Position numbers and translations under genes: made by a program. Below are positions 26,882-36,953 of a stretch of DNA of 64,000 bases, piece by piece. The notes beneath the pieces are model-generated. The model was not told where the DNA came from and did not search any database. It saw only the letters and a list, made by a program, of their open reading frames with translations. Source of the stretch: Candidatus Latescibacterota bacterium. Lineage in GTDB: Bacteria > Latescibacterota > UBA2968 > UBA8231. The stretch is taken from NCBI GenBank assembly GCA_965223905.1, contig CBDCXV010000010.1, positions 96,001 to 160,000 on the forward strand, given 5' to 3'. The first letter of the stretch is position 1, and each line of letters starts with the position of its first letter.

Positions 26882-27433
26882 GATGTCTGGGACGATGTCG
26901 AGCGGGTGGCCGCGGCGCTCCAAGTGGAGGACCGGGGCGGCGCCCTGGTGGCCGAACTGCGGGACCGGCTCGCACGGATCGCCGCCCGCACCCGCCGTAT
27001 CGGCGACCGCCCGCGCGTCGCCTGCATCGAGTGGTTCGAGCCGCTGATGGCCGCCGGCAACTGGATGCCCGAGCTGGTGGAGATCGCCGGGGGCCGCAAC
27101 CTCTTCGCCTCGGCGGGGGCGCATTCCCCCTGGCTGTCGTGGGAGGCACTCGAAGATGCCCAGCCGGATTGTATTCTCCTGATGCCCTGCGGTTTCGACA
27201 TCCCCCGCTCCCGGAGGGAGCTGCCGGCGCTGACCCGGAAGCCGGCGTGGTCGCGGTTGCAGGCGGTGCAGGAGGGGCGCGTATTCCTCACCGACGGCAA
27301 CCAGTTCTTCAACCGCCCGGGGCCGCGCCTGGTGGAATCGGCGGAGATTCTCGCCGAGATCCTGCATCCCCGGGATTTCGAGGACACCCACGAGCATCGG
27401 GGATGGGAGTGGTGGGAAGGGCGTACCGGATGA
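26882..27433 (+). pseudogene. Second cobalamin-binding (BtuF-like) protein, C-terminal fragment
   Basis: DVWDDVERVA...PRVACIEWFEPLMAAGNWMPELV...MPCGFDI...DGNQFFNRPGPRLVESAEILAEILHP. Confidence 0.88.
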
Positions 27434-27460
27434 CCGCGAAGCAGATACGGAAACAGGACC

Positions 27461-27860
27461 CCGCGCTACCTCCGCTTCGGCTGGTGCGGGGCCCGCCTCG
27501 ACGACCTGTTCAACTATGTGCCCGCCCGCCTGACCTGGGGGGTGATGGTCCTGGTCGCCTGCCTGCTGCCGGGCTGCTCGGCCCGCAAGGCCCTGGCCGT
27601 GGGGTGGCGCCAGCACGGGGCCGTTCCCGGTCCCAATTCCGGCTGGAGCGAGGCCGCGGCGGCCGGGGCCTTGCAATGCCGTCTGGCCGGACCGATCCGG
27701 CAGGGGGGCGAGCGGGTCACCGATCTCTGGCTCGGTTGCTCCGGGGATCCCGAGGGGCGCGCGCCCCGGCGACCTGCCCCGCACCTGCACCTTCATCGCC
27801 GCGACCTGTCTGGCTTTCGCCGGCGCAACGGCCCTGGGGCTCCGGGCGTTCCACCCGTGA
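27461..27860 (+). pseudogene. cbiB: Adenosylcobinamide-phosphate synthase (CbiB/CobD) C-terminal remnant
   Basis: RYLRFGWCGARLDDLFNYVPARLT...PNSGWSEAAAAGALQCRLAGP; N-terminal part absent; frameshift near 27755. Confidence 0.85.
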
Positions 27861-28001
27861 ACCTGAAGGTGCCTGCAGAAGCCCCGCTGCAGGCTCTCCC
27901 GGACGTTCGCATGCCTGTTCCACCGTTTCGCCGCACATACCGGATATCTACATTCCCGATCTGCAAACATCGACCGCGCAGGCAGCCGTCGAAGCGCGAC
28001 C

Positions 28002-28700
28002 TTGGAGCCGGCACTGATTCGCATCGAAGGGGTGGAGAAGACCTACGACATGGGGGCGGTGCAGGTGCATGCCCTGCGCGGCGTGTCGCTGACCCTCGAG
28101 CGCAACGAGTACGTCGCCGTGATGGGCCCCTCCGGCTCGGGCAAGTCGACCCTGATGAACATCATCGGCTGCCTCGACGTTCCCACCGCGGGCACCTACG
28201 AGTTGAACGGGCAGCGCGTCAGCGAGATGGATGACGACGACCTCGCCCGCGTCCGCAATCGGGAGATCGGTTTCGTCTTCCAGACCTTCAACCTCCTGCC
28301 CCGGGCCGACGCCCTGCGCAACGTCGAGCTGCCCCTGGTCTACGCCGGGCTCGGACAGCGCGCCCGGCGTCAGCGGGCCGAGGAGGCGCTCGCGTCCGTG
28401 GGGCTGGAAGACCGCATGCACCACCGGCCCAACGAGCTGTCCGGCGGCCAGAAACAGCGGGTCGCCATCGCCCGGGCCCTTGCCAACGAGCCCTCGATCA
28501 TTCTCGCCGACGAACCGACCGGCGCCCTCGACACCCGCACCGGGGCCGAGATCATGTCCCTGTTCCAAAGGCTCCACGGCAACGGCCACACCGTCGTCGT
28601 CGTCACCCACGAGGAGCACGTCGCCGCGTACAGCCGCCGCGTCGTCCGCTTCCGGGACGGCCTCGTCGAGAGCGACGGCGCCGCGGCGGCCGGCGCATGA
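28002..28700 (+). CDS. MacB/LolD-type ABC ATP-binding protein
   Basis: [41 protein letters not shown]. Confidence 0.94.
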   Translation: MEPALIRIEGVEKTYDMGAVQVHALRGVSLTLERNEYVAVMGPSGSGKSTLMNIIGCLDVPTAGTYELNGQRVSEMDDDDLARVRNREIGFVFQTFNLLPRADALRNVELPLVYAGLGQRARRQRAEEALASVGLEDRMHHRPNELSGGQKQRVAIARALANEPSIILADEPTGALDTRTGAEIMSLFQRLHGNGHTVVVVTHEEHVAAYSRRVVRFRDGLVESDGAAAAGA

Positions 28701-29947
28701 CCCAGCTCCTGCGGGGGCGGCGGGGAAAGCTGGCCGCGGCAGTCGCCGTCGCCATTGCCGCGGCCGGGGGCATGCTCGCCCTTTCCGCCACCGGCCCAGG
28801 TGAGGGGGAAGCGGTCGAGACCTTCCTCGTCGACAGGGCAGAGTTCCGCCTCTCCCACTTCGAGGCGGGGGAAATCCGCGCCCGCAAGGACGAGAAGGTC
28901 CTCGCCCCGGAGGTGCGCGGGAGGTTGAAGATCACCTACCTCTGGCCCGAGGGAGAGAAGGTGGAGATCGGCGACCTCATTCTCGCCTTCGACCGCAGCG
29001 AGCTCGAGGCCGAGGTCAAGAACGAGGCCGGAGAGCTGGAGAAAGCCCTGGCCGACCGGCGAAAGGGACTGGCCAACCAGAAGCAGATCCTCGCCGGGCT
29101 GGCGGTAGAGGTAGAAAAGGTCGACGCCGCCCTGGAGCTGGCGCGCATCAGCCTGCAGCGCAGCGAGTACGCCTCCCCCATCGTTCGCGAAGAGCGGAAA
29201 ATCGAGCTGGCCAAGGCGGAACGGGCGATCGCCGAAACGCGCGAGAACCTCGACGCCCGCAGAATCGTCAACCGCGTCGAGCGCGCCAACCTCGACCTGC
29301 GCGTCTCCCACCACGAGAAGCGCTACGACAAGGCGCGGAAGGATTTCGACCGGCTCACCGTGTACGCCAGGCGTCCGGGCATCGTCGTCTACGAGACCAT
29401 CCGCAAGAGGGGGACCAGCCGCCGCGGCAAGGTGACCGAGGGGGACGTGGTCTGGGGCGGGACGTCGCTTTTGAGCCTTCCCGATCTCAGGGCGATGCAG
29501 GTGGTGTCACAGATCGGCGAGATGGACGTCACCAGGGTGAAGCCGGGACAGAAGGCACTCATCCGGCTCGAGGCGTTCCCCGGCCCGGTCTTTCACGGGG
29601 AAGTGGCGGCGGTGGCGCCGATGGCCGGCGAGGTGGAGGACGCTCCCAACGTGCACGTCTTCGAGATGGCCGTCGTTGTCGAAGAGCAGGACGACCGCCT
29701 CTACCCGGGGATGTCGGCTGCGGTCGAGATCATCCTGCAATCGATCCCCGACGCGGTGCGCGTTCCGCTTTCGGCGATCCGCCGGGAGGAGGGGCGCGCA
29801 GTCGTCTGGCGCTCCGAGGCAGGCGGGTTCACACCGGTCGAAGTGGCCGTCGGCCCGCACAGCGGCACCGAGATCGTCATCGAGGCCGGCCTGGAAGCGG
29901 GTGACGTTGTCGCCCTCGACGCCTCCTCGGTACCTTTGCCGCCATGA
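28697..29947 (+). CDS. Efflux periplasmic adaptor (MacA/HlyD-like) 1
   Basis: TM anchor, [10 protein letters not shown] lipoyl half-motif, coiled coil, [16 protein letters not shown]. Confidence 0.88.
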   Translation: MTQLLRGRRGKLAAAVAVAIAAAGGMLALSATGPGEGEAVETFLVDRAEFRLSHFEAGEIRARKDEKVLAPEVRGRLKITYLWPEGEKVEIGDLILAFDRSELEAEVKNEAGELEKALADRRKGLANQKQILAGLAVEVEKVDAALELARISLQRSEYASPIVREERKIELAKAERAIAETRENLDARRIVNRVERANLDLRVSHHEKRYDKARKDFDRLTVYARRPGIVVYETIRKRGTSRRGKVTEGDVVWGGTSLLSLPDLRAMQVVSQIGEMDVTRVKPGQKALIRLEAFPGPVFHGEVAAVAPMAGEVEDAPNVHVFEMAVVVEEQDDRLYPGMSAAVEIILQSIPDAVRVPLSAIRREEGRAVVWRSEAGGFTPVEVAVGPHSGTEIVIEAGLEAGDVVALDASSVPLPP

Positions 29948-31332
29948 CCTCCTCCGGCCTCCAACCCGGGCGCGCGTCCTCGCGGCGCCAGCGGGGACTC
30001 ATCGGCGCCGCGGCCATCGCCCTGACCGCGGGCCTGGTCGCCGGTTTCCGGGTGTTGATGCCGGAAGAGTCCTCGCAGGTGGCCTCGTTCCCCGTCGGGC
30101 AGGGGGAGTTCCGCATCACCCTGGCGCTCTCCAACGGCGAGCTCGAAGCGGTCAACGCCGAGCAGATCAACGCCCCGCAGGTGCGCGGCCAGCTCAAGAT
30201 CACCAAGCTGTTCCCCGAGGGGGAAACCGTCGAGATCGGGGATCTCGTCATCGAGTTCGACAAGGCGGAATTCGTCAAGAGAGTGACCGAGGCGAGGCAG
30301 GCGCTCGAGGCGAGCAGGGCGGAGATCGAGAAGACGATGGCCAACCAGAAGGTCGAGATCGGGCGCCAGCAGTCGGACATCCACAACAAGGAGGCGGAGC
30401 TCAGACTGGCGCAACTCAAGCTGAAGAAGATGGAATTCGAGTCCCTGATCGACAAAGAGGAGACCCGGCTCAAGGTCAGGCAGTCCGAGCTCGCCCTCGA
30501 GCAGGCGCACAGGAAATTCGAAGCCCAGCGGATCGTCGACCAAGCCGAGAAAAGGAAGCAGGAGCTCGACGTCGCTCAGAAGGAACGCGGCCTCGAAAAG
30601 GCGGAAAAGGACCTCGGAAGCCTGTCGGTCCATGCCGACAAGCCGGGGCTCGTGGTGTACGAGAAGATCTGGAAGGGCTCCCGCCCCGAGAAAATCCGCG
30701 TCGGCGACGAGCCTTGGAGCGGGGCCACCCTGGTGACGCTTCCCGATCTGACCGCGATGCAGGTGAAGACCTGGGTCAACGAGGTCGACGTCGACAAGCT
30801 CGAGGTCGGGCAGCAGGCGGCCATCGAGCTCGACGCCCTGCCCGGTCCGACGTTTCGCGGCTCGATCACCAGCGTTGCTTCCCTGGGCCACGAGAAGGAG
30901 GGAGACAAGAACGTCAAGGTCTTCGACGTCGTCATCGGCATCGACGGGGAGGACGAGCGTTTGAAGCCGGGGATGTCGGCCTCCTCGGTGGTGGTGATCG
31001 AGACGGTCCCGGAACCGCCCGGCGACGTGGACTCCCTCGAAGTCAGCCCGCCCCCCGGAGAGGAGGAGGGGGACGCTGCCCTGCCCCTCTACATCCCGCT
31101 CGACGCCGTCTTCGAGAAAGGGGGCGAGACCCTCGTCTACCGGGTGCGGGGCGGAGGCACCGAGGAGCGCAAGGTCGTCCTGGGGAAGCGCAACGACGAC
31201 TACGTCATCGTCGAGGAGGGCCTGGCTCCCGGCGACCGCGTCGCCCTGCGCGACCCGACCCTAGTGCTCGAGCACCTCGGCGGCATGCCCGGGGAGGCGG
31301 CAGACCCCGCCTCGGCCTTGAACGCGGAATAG
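29944..31332 (+). CDS. Efflux periplasmic adaptor (MacA/HlyD-like) 2
   Basis: Paralog of previous gene: PEGETVEIGD, EVDVDKLEVGQ, LKPGMSA. Confidence 0.88.
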   Translation: MTSSGLQPGRASSRRQRGLIGAAAIALTAGLVAGFRVLMPEESSQVASFPVGQGEFRITLALSNGELEAVNAEQINAPQVRGQLKITKLFPEGETVEIGDLVIEFDKAEFVKRVTEARQALEASRAEIEKTMANQKVEIGRQQSDIHNKEAELRLAQLKLKKMEFESLIDKEETRLKVRQSELALEQAHRKFEAQRIVDQAEKRKQELDVAQKERGLEKAEKDLGSLSVHADKPGLVVYEKIWKGSRPEKIRVGDEPWSGATLVTLPDLTAMQVKTWVNEVDVDKLEVGQQAAIELDALPGPTFRGSITSVASLGHEKEGDKNVKVFDVVIGIDGEDERLKPGMSASSVVVIETVPEPPGDVDSLEVSPPPGEEEGDAALPLYIPLDAVFEKGGETLVYRVRGGGTEERKVVLGKRNDDYVIVEEGLAPGDRVALRDPTLVLEHLGGMPGEAADPASALNAE

Positions 31333-31347
31333 GCGGCCTCAGGACCG

Positions 31348-32592
31348 ATGGAGCTGCGGGAAACCATAGGCCTGTCCGTAGCCGGACTTACCGCCCACAA
31401 GCTGCGCACCTGCCTGACCATGCTGGGGATCATCTTCGGCGTCGCCGCGGTCATCGCCATGCTGTCGATAGGCGAGGGCGCCAGGCAGGAAGCCCTCGGC
31501 CAGATCCGGCAGATGGGGATCGACAACATCATCGTCCAGCACTGGAGCCCCGAAAGCGAAGAGGAAGGGGAAGGCCGGGGAGGACAGAATCTCTCGCGGG
31601 GACTGAGCCGCCAGGACGCGGCCGCGCTCGCCGAGATCTGCCCGCTGGCCGAGATCGTCGCGCCGCTCAGGGAAATCAAGGTCAAGGCCCGGGCCGGCGG
31701 CACCTCGTTCCAGACCATGCTGGTCGGGACCACTCCCGAGTACATCGACGTCCTCGACGCGCGCCTGGGCCGGGGCGTCTACCTCGGGGACGTGGACCTG
31801 CAGCAGGCCCGGCGGGTATGCGTCCTCGGCAGCGACGCCAAGCGCGCCTTGTTCTTTTTCGAGGACGCCCTCGGCAGGCAGGTCAAGCTGCACGACCAGT
31901 GGTTCACCGTGGTCGGGGTACTGGAGGACAAAGGGGCGGCCAGGGGCAAGATCGGCGGCGTGCTCGAGGTGAGAAACACCGACGAGGACATCTACGTGCC
32001 GCTGACCACCCTGCTCAAGCGTTTCAAGTGGGAGGCCGACGAAGCCGAGCTCACCCAGATCACGATCAAGGTTCCCGGGTCGGAAAAGCTGCAGGAAGCG
32101 GCCAACATCATCCGCTCGATCCTGAGCCGCCGGCACCGGGGCGTAGACGACTTCAAGATCGCCATCCCCGAGGAGCTGCTGCGCCACAGCCAGAGCACGC
32201 AGCGGATTTTCAACATCGTCATGGGCTGTATCGCCGGCATCTCGCTGGTCGTCGGCGGTATCGGCATCATGAACATCATGCTGGCCTCCGTGCTCGAGCG
32301 GACGCGGGAGATCGGCATCCGCCGTGCCCTGGGAGCCCGCCGCAAGGACGTGATGGCCCAGTTTCTCGTCGAGGCGGTTGCCGTCAGCCTGATCGGCGGC
32401 GTGCTCGGCGTGATCCTGGGGTATTCCCTCACCAAGCTCATCACCCTGTACGCGCACTGGAAGACCATCGTCTATTTCTGGACCATCGCCCTCTCCTTCG
32501 GGGTCGCTGCCGGGGTCGGCATCACCTTCGGCTACTACCCCGCCCGCCAGGCGGCGCTGCTCAACCCGATCGACGCCCTGCGCTATGAGTGA
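31348..32592 (+). CDS. MacB/FtsX-family ABC permease
   Basis: LTMLGIIFGVAAVIAM, VGGIGIMNIMLASVLERTREIGIR, PIDALRYE. Confidence 0.94.
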   Translation: MELRETIGLSVAGLTAHKLRTCLTMLGIIFGVAAVIAMLSIGEGARQEALGQIRQMGIDNIIVQHWSPESEEEGEGRGGQNLSRGLSRQDAAALAEICPLAEIVAPLREIKVKARAGGTSFQTMLVGTTPEYIDVLDARLGRGVYLGDVDLQQARRVCVLGSDAKRALFFFEDALGRQVKLHDQWFTVVGVLEDKGAARGKIGGVLEVRNTDEDIYVPLTTLLKRFKWEADEAELTQITIKVPGSEKLQEAANIIRSILSRRHRGVDDFKIAIPEELLRHSQSTQRIFNIVMGCIAGISLVVGGIGIMNIMLASVLERTREIGIRRALGARRKDVMAQFLVEAVAVSLIGGVLGVILGYSLTKLITLYAHWKTIVYFWTIALSFGVAAGVGITFGYYPARQAALLNPIDALRYE

Positions 32593-33040
32593 CGAGCGGG
32601 GGGGGCCCGGAGGCGCCCCGGTCCGGGGCCGCGACCAGGAGAGCCGCCTCAAACCGGGACGCAGGCTGGGCCGGCAGGTGCTGATCGACCTCTACGACTG
32701 TCCGCGCGAGATTCTCGACGACGAGAAGCTGATCGCCGCGAGCATGATTGCCGCGGCCCGGGAAGCGGGGGCCGCGGTCGTCGATTCGACCTTTCACCGC
32801 TTCTCTCCCTGCGGGGTGTCCGGGGTGGTGGCGATTCGCGAGAGCCACCTGGCGATTCACACCTGGCCGGAATACGGGTACGCGGCGATCGACCTGTTCA
32901 CTTGCGGGGACGGCGTCGACCCGTGGATCGCCCACGACGCCCTGAAGCGGGCCCTGGGGGCCGTCCGCGGCGAGGCCATCGAGCTGCCGCGGCCGGGGGC
33001 GAACGGCGGCTGGCCTGGAGAAGAGGTGACGTCGAAGTAA
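32585..33040 (+). CDS. speD: S-adenosylmethionine decarboxylase proenzyme
   Basis: [35 protein letters not shown] with ES self-cleavage site. Confidence 0.92.
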   Translation: [151 protein letters not shown]

Positions 33041-33104
33041 CGGTGGGGCCGCCTGGAACCAGGGGCCCTGCCCGGCGGACCGGGACCGGCCGCGAAGGGG
33101 GGAG

Positions 33105-34049
33105 CTACTGGCGGTCCTGGTGAAGCTCCTGCAGGTGCACCTGCAGGTGGTCGCGAAAAGCCGCGATGCGCTCCTGGACCACGGCTCCCATCTCCTTCAG
33201 CTCCTGCCGCCTGGCGTGCAGCTTGTGCAGCCGGAGCACGAAGTCCCGCGGCGCGACCACGGCGACCACCCCCTTCCGTGAATCGGTCGGGGACGGCTGC
33301 CCCGCATCCCCGACGAAGTTCACCGCAGCGCTGCCCTGGCCAGGTGATTCCGGCGAGGCACCGGAAGACACTTTCTCGAGGACTCCCTCATGCAGGCTGA
33401 ACTGGCGCGCCAGCGACCACACCTTGCGGCCCTTGTCTTCGAGCCACCGGATTCGCTTCTCGAGCTGGCGGGTTTCCTCCCCCAGCAGGCTGGCGCGGTC
33501 TTCCAGCAGGGCGAGCTTCTGCCGGATCTCGTTCGGTCCGTCGCTGGGGGCGACGGTCATGTCGACGGGATAGCGACCCAGCTCAGGTTCGATGACGTCG
33601 TAGCCCAGCTTCTGGCGCTCCTCCCACAGGATCATCATCTGCATCAGGAGCCCCCGGTCCAGAACTTTCGACAGCGCACCGAGCAGGCGGCTGATCTCCC
33701 AGTCGTAGGCGAGGCGCAGGCGCTCGCGAAGGGAATCCTCGGCCGCGCTCAGCTGTTCGATGCGCTGGTCGGCGTCGACGAGCATGCGCTCGATTGCCAT
33801 TGACTGGAAAAACGCCTTGCGCATCTCCCCCGATTCGGGGGCTACCCGCTTCAGGCTGTCGATGACGGCCGAGAGGTTGCCGGCGGTGCGGGCGAGTTGG
33901 TGCCGCGACTTGTGCATCGACTCCTGGATCACCCCGAGGTTCTCCCGCTCCAGCCTCAGGGCTCTGAGATCCCAGGCCTCGGTCTCCTCGCCGAGAGCCG
34001 GCGCACCCAGGAACGCCACGGCGACCCCGAGCAGTTTACGCCATGCCAT
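33105..34049 (-). CDS. Exported coiled-coil hypothetical protein
   Basis: Signal-peptide-like start (MAWRKLLGVAVAFLGAPALG), L/E/R-rich heptads; overlaps end of the response regulator. Confidence 0.7.
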   Translation of the reverse strand: MAWRKLLGVAVAFLGAPALGEETEAWDLRALRLERENLGVIQESMHKSRHQLARTAGNLSAVIDSLKRVAPESGEMRKAFFQSMAIERMLVDADQRIEQLSAAEDSLRERLRLAYDWEISRLLGALSKVLDRGLLMQMMILWEERQKLGYDVIEPELGRYPVDMTVAPSDGPNEIRQKLALLEDRASLLGEETRQLEKRIRWLEDKGRKVWSLARQFSLHEGVLEKVSSGASPESPGQGSAAVNFVGDAGQPSPTDSRKGVVAVVAPRDFVLRLHKLHARRQELKEMGAVVQERIAAFRDHLQVHLQELHQDRQ

Positions 34050-35415
34050 ACTTTTCCAGCTTGTAATAGAGAGCACTCGTTTTCACTCCCAGCAGCTCCG
34101 CCGCCTGGGTCTTGACGCCGTTCGCTTCCTCCATCGCCCGGCAGATCAGGTCCCTCTCAAGCGTTTCCAGTTGATCGTTGAGGGCGAGTTTGCTCGCCGG
34201 GATCGGATCCGAATCCCCGTCCAGCTCGCCAGCCCCCTCGGCCAGCGGCAGGTCGCCGGGCCCGATCTCCTCGCCGTCGACGAGGACCACGGTGCGCTCG
34301 ATGACGTTTTCCAGCTCGCGCACGTTCCCGGGCCACGGATAGCGGCAGAGGAAATCGACGGCAGCCCCTGACAGACGCCTGAGGGGCAGGTTCATTTCCC
34401 GGCATTTTTTGCGCAGGAAGTGATCGACCAGCGGGGGGATGTCGTCCCGGCGCTCCCTGAGCGGGGCCAGGTGCAGGGGAATCACCTCGAGCCGGTAGAA
34501 CAGGTCCTCGCGGAAGCTGCCGTCCGCGACCTTCTCCTTGAGGGCCCGGTTGGTCGCGGCGACGACGCGCACGTCGGCGCTCAGGGTGCGCTCCCCCCCG
34601 ACGCGGTCGAACTCCTTCTCCTGCAGGACGCGCAGCAGGTTCACCTGTGTTTCGAGGGGAATGTCGCCGATCTCGTCGAGGAAGATGGTGCCTCCGGAGG
34701 CGAGCTCGAACTTGCCCTTCTTCAGCTTGACGGCGCCGGTGAACGCCCCCTTCTCGTGTCCGAACAGCTCGCTCTCGACCAGGGACACGGGCAGTGCCCC
34801 GCAGTTGACCTTGACGAAGGGGCCGGAGCTGCGGGCGCTGCGGTTGTGGATCGCCCGCGCCACCAGCTCCTTCCCGGTTCCGCTCTCCCCGTAAATCAAC
34901 ACGGAGGAATCGGTGGCGGCCACCCTTTCCACCCTCGCCAGGACCTGGGCGATATGCCGTGAGCGCCCCACGATTTCGCCGTAGCGATCCTCGATCTCCT
35001 CGCGCAGGTACTCGTTCTCCTCGCCGAGCCGGTCGCGCTCGCGGCGGTCGGCGCGGTTTCCAAGCACCCTCTTCACCTTGAGCTGCAGCGCTTCCATGGG
35101 GAACGGTTTGGTGATGAAGTCGACGGCGCCGATCTGCATCGCGCGCACGGCGATCTCGATGGTGCCGTGAGCGGTGATGATCACGACGTCGGTGTCGCCG
35201 AAGTCCCTCCTGATCGCCTCGAGGAGCTGCAGCCCGTCCATTTCATCCATCTTGTAGTCGGTAATCACAAGGTCGAAGGCCCCCTGGCGCGCCAACCTGG
35301 ACAGGGCCTCGACCCCGCTGGCGGCGGTGACCGCCTCGCACCCCATACGCTCCATCACCAGGGCGATCCCTGAGCGCATGGTTTCGTTGTCGTCGACGAT
35401 CAGTATCCGGCTCAT
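34036..35415 (-). CDS. Sigma54-dependent NtrC-family response regulator
   Basis: ILIVDD receiver, GESGTGKE, ESELFGHEKGAFTGA, FLDEIG, WPGNVRELEN, Fis-type HTH. Confidence 0.96.
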   Translation of the reverse strand: MSRILIVDDNETMRSGIALVMERMGCEAVTAASGVEALSRLARQGAFDLVITDYKMDEMDGLQLLEAIRRDFGDTDVVIITAHGTIEIAVRAMQIGAVDFITKPFPMEALQLKVKRVLGNRADRRERDRLGEENEYLREEIEDRYGEIVGRSRHIAQVLARVERVAATDSSVLIYGESGTGKELVARAIHNRSARSSGPFVKVNCGALPVSLVESELFGHEKGAFTGAVKLKKGKFELASGGTIFLDEIGDIPLETQVNLLRVLQEKEFDRVGGERTLSADVRVVAATNRALKEKVADGSFREDLFYRLEVIPLHLAPLRERRDDIPPLVDHFLRKKCREMNLPLRRLSGAAVDFLCRYPWPGNVRELENVIERTVVLVDGEEIGPGDLPLAEGAGELDGDSDPIPASKLALNDQLETLERDLICRAMEEANGVKTQAAELLGVKTSALYYKLEKYGMA

Positions 35416-36950
35416 GCCTGCACCAGTTGGCTCGCCGCGGCGCCCCTCGCCGCGGGCAGGTGGAGGGTGACCCTGGTGCCCTTGCCGGGCTCGCTGGCGA
35501 TGTCGATGCGGCCGCGGTTCTTCTCGACCGCCTGGTGGGCAATCGCCAATCCCAGGCCGGACCCCTTCTCCCGGGTGGTGAAGAAAGGCTCGAACAGGCG
35601 CGCCTGAACGTGGCTGGGGATACCCGGACCGGTGTCCTCGATCTCGACGGCGACCCAGGCCCCGCCCGGTTCGGCGCGCATCGACAACCACCCTCCAGTT
35701 CCCGCCATGGCCTGCACGCCGTTCTTCATCAGGTTGACGAGGGCCCGCTTTATCTGCTCGGGATCGGCGAAGATGGCGAGATCCGGGGGGATCTGCTGGT
35801 CGTACTCCACCGAAGCCCGCTCCATCTCCGGCGACAGCAGGAAGGCCGCGTCTTCCGCGAGCCGGGCCACGAGGACGCTCTCCGGGTCGGGCGTGGCCTG
35901 GCGCGCGAAGGCGAGGAACTCGGCGATCACCCTGTCGAGGTTCCTGACTTCGGCGATCACCTTGCGGATGTGCTGCTTGCGCGAGTCTCCCTCCGGCAGG
36001 TCGTCGGCGATCAGGCCGGCGTAGATCTCGATGCCGCCCAGCGGGTTGCGGATCTCGTGGGCAACCCCGCTCAGCATCTGGCGCAGTTGCGCGTCCCTGG
36101 CCAGCAGCTTGAGGCGCATCTCCTCCATCGTCTCCCCGAGGTAGCCGATCTCGTCGCGCCCCGAGGTGTCGACGGCATTCTCCAGGTTGCCGCGCCCGAT
36201 CTCGCGCGCCGCGGTAACCAGCCTCTGGATCGGCCGCGTCAGGGTTCGCGCCAGGGTCACTGCCACCACCAGGGTCAGCAGCGCGCTCAGGCCGGCGAAG
36301 AGGTAGACGGAATCCCTGAAGCGATGGACCGCCATGGTGTACCCCGGGCCGATGTCGACGGCGACCCCGGCAACGACCTTGCCGCTTGCGGTGACCGGGG
36401 CGTACCCGGTCATGTAGTCGAGCCCGGCTTCATCGGTGAACAGGAGGGTGTGGGTCGGCTCCCCTTCCCAGAGTCTGGCCACCTCCATGCGGTCGCGGTA
36501 CTTCAGCCTGGGGTACTCGCGGCCAATGGCGATGCCCGGCTCGGTGTCGAGAAGGCTGCGGCCGTCCCGGTCGAAGACGTAGATCCTGCGAGCCCCGACC
36601 ATCTCCTGGGCGCGGCGCAGCCGGTTCGTCGAGTTGCGGTAGAAGCGGTAGGCCTCGTACCCCGGGCGCAGCCCCATGACGGTTTCACCGTCGATCCCCG
36701 AGGCGATCAGCTCGACCTCGGCGATGAGGTAATTCCCCATCTGCCGCTCGAGGCTGTCGAAGGCGCGTTCGTAAAGGACCCAGCCGCTGCCGCCGACGAC
36801 GACCATCGCCAGGAGCACGAAGCTGAGAACGAGGCGCCGTCCGATACGCCCGCGCCGGGCGACCCTTTCCCTGACTCCGGTTGCAGACAGGGTTTCCCGG
36901 CGGCGATCCTCCGCCCGGGGTTTCGCGGCTGGAACAGCAGGAGCGGTCAT
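35412..36950 (-). CDS. HAMP-domain sensor histidine kinase
   Basis: Two TMs, periplasmic domain, HAMP, VAHEIRNPL, NLMKNG, DTGPGI, GSGLGL. Confidence 0.95.
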   Translation of the reverse strand: MTAPAVPAAKPRAEDRRRETLSATGVRERVARRGRIGRRLVLSFVLLAMVVVGGSGWVLYERAFDSLERQMGNYLIAEVELIASGIDGETVMGLRPGYEAYRFYRNSTNRLRRAQEMVGARRIYVFDRDGRSLLDTEPGIAIGREYPRLKYRDRMEVARLWEGEPTHTLLFTDEAGLDYMTGYAPVTASGKVVAGVAVDIGPGYTMAVHRFRDSVYLFAGLSALLTLVVAVTLARTLTRPIQRLVTAAREIGRGNLENAVDTSGRDEIGYLGETMEEMRLKLLARDAQLRQMLSGVAHEIRNPLGGIEIYAGLIADDLPEGDSRKQHIRKVIAEVRNLDRVIAEFLAFARQATPDPESVLVARLAEDAAFLLSPEMERASVEYDQQIPPDLAIFADPEQIKRALVNLMKNGVQAMAGTGGWLSMRAEPGGAWVAVEIEDTGPGIPSHVQARLFEPFFTTREKGSGLGLAIAHQAVEKNRGRIDIASEPGKGTRVTLHLPAARGAAASQLVQA

Positions 36951-36953
36951 TCT

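Noticed and set aside
26656-27387. 243-aa full-length transposase
   Set aside because: Only the last ~74 residues are IS1595-like; the rest is antisense to the BtuF fragment.
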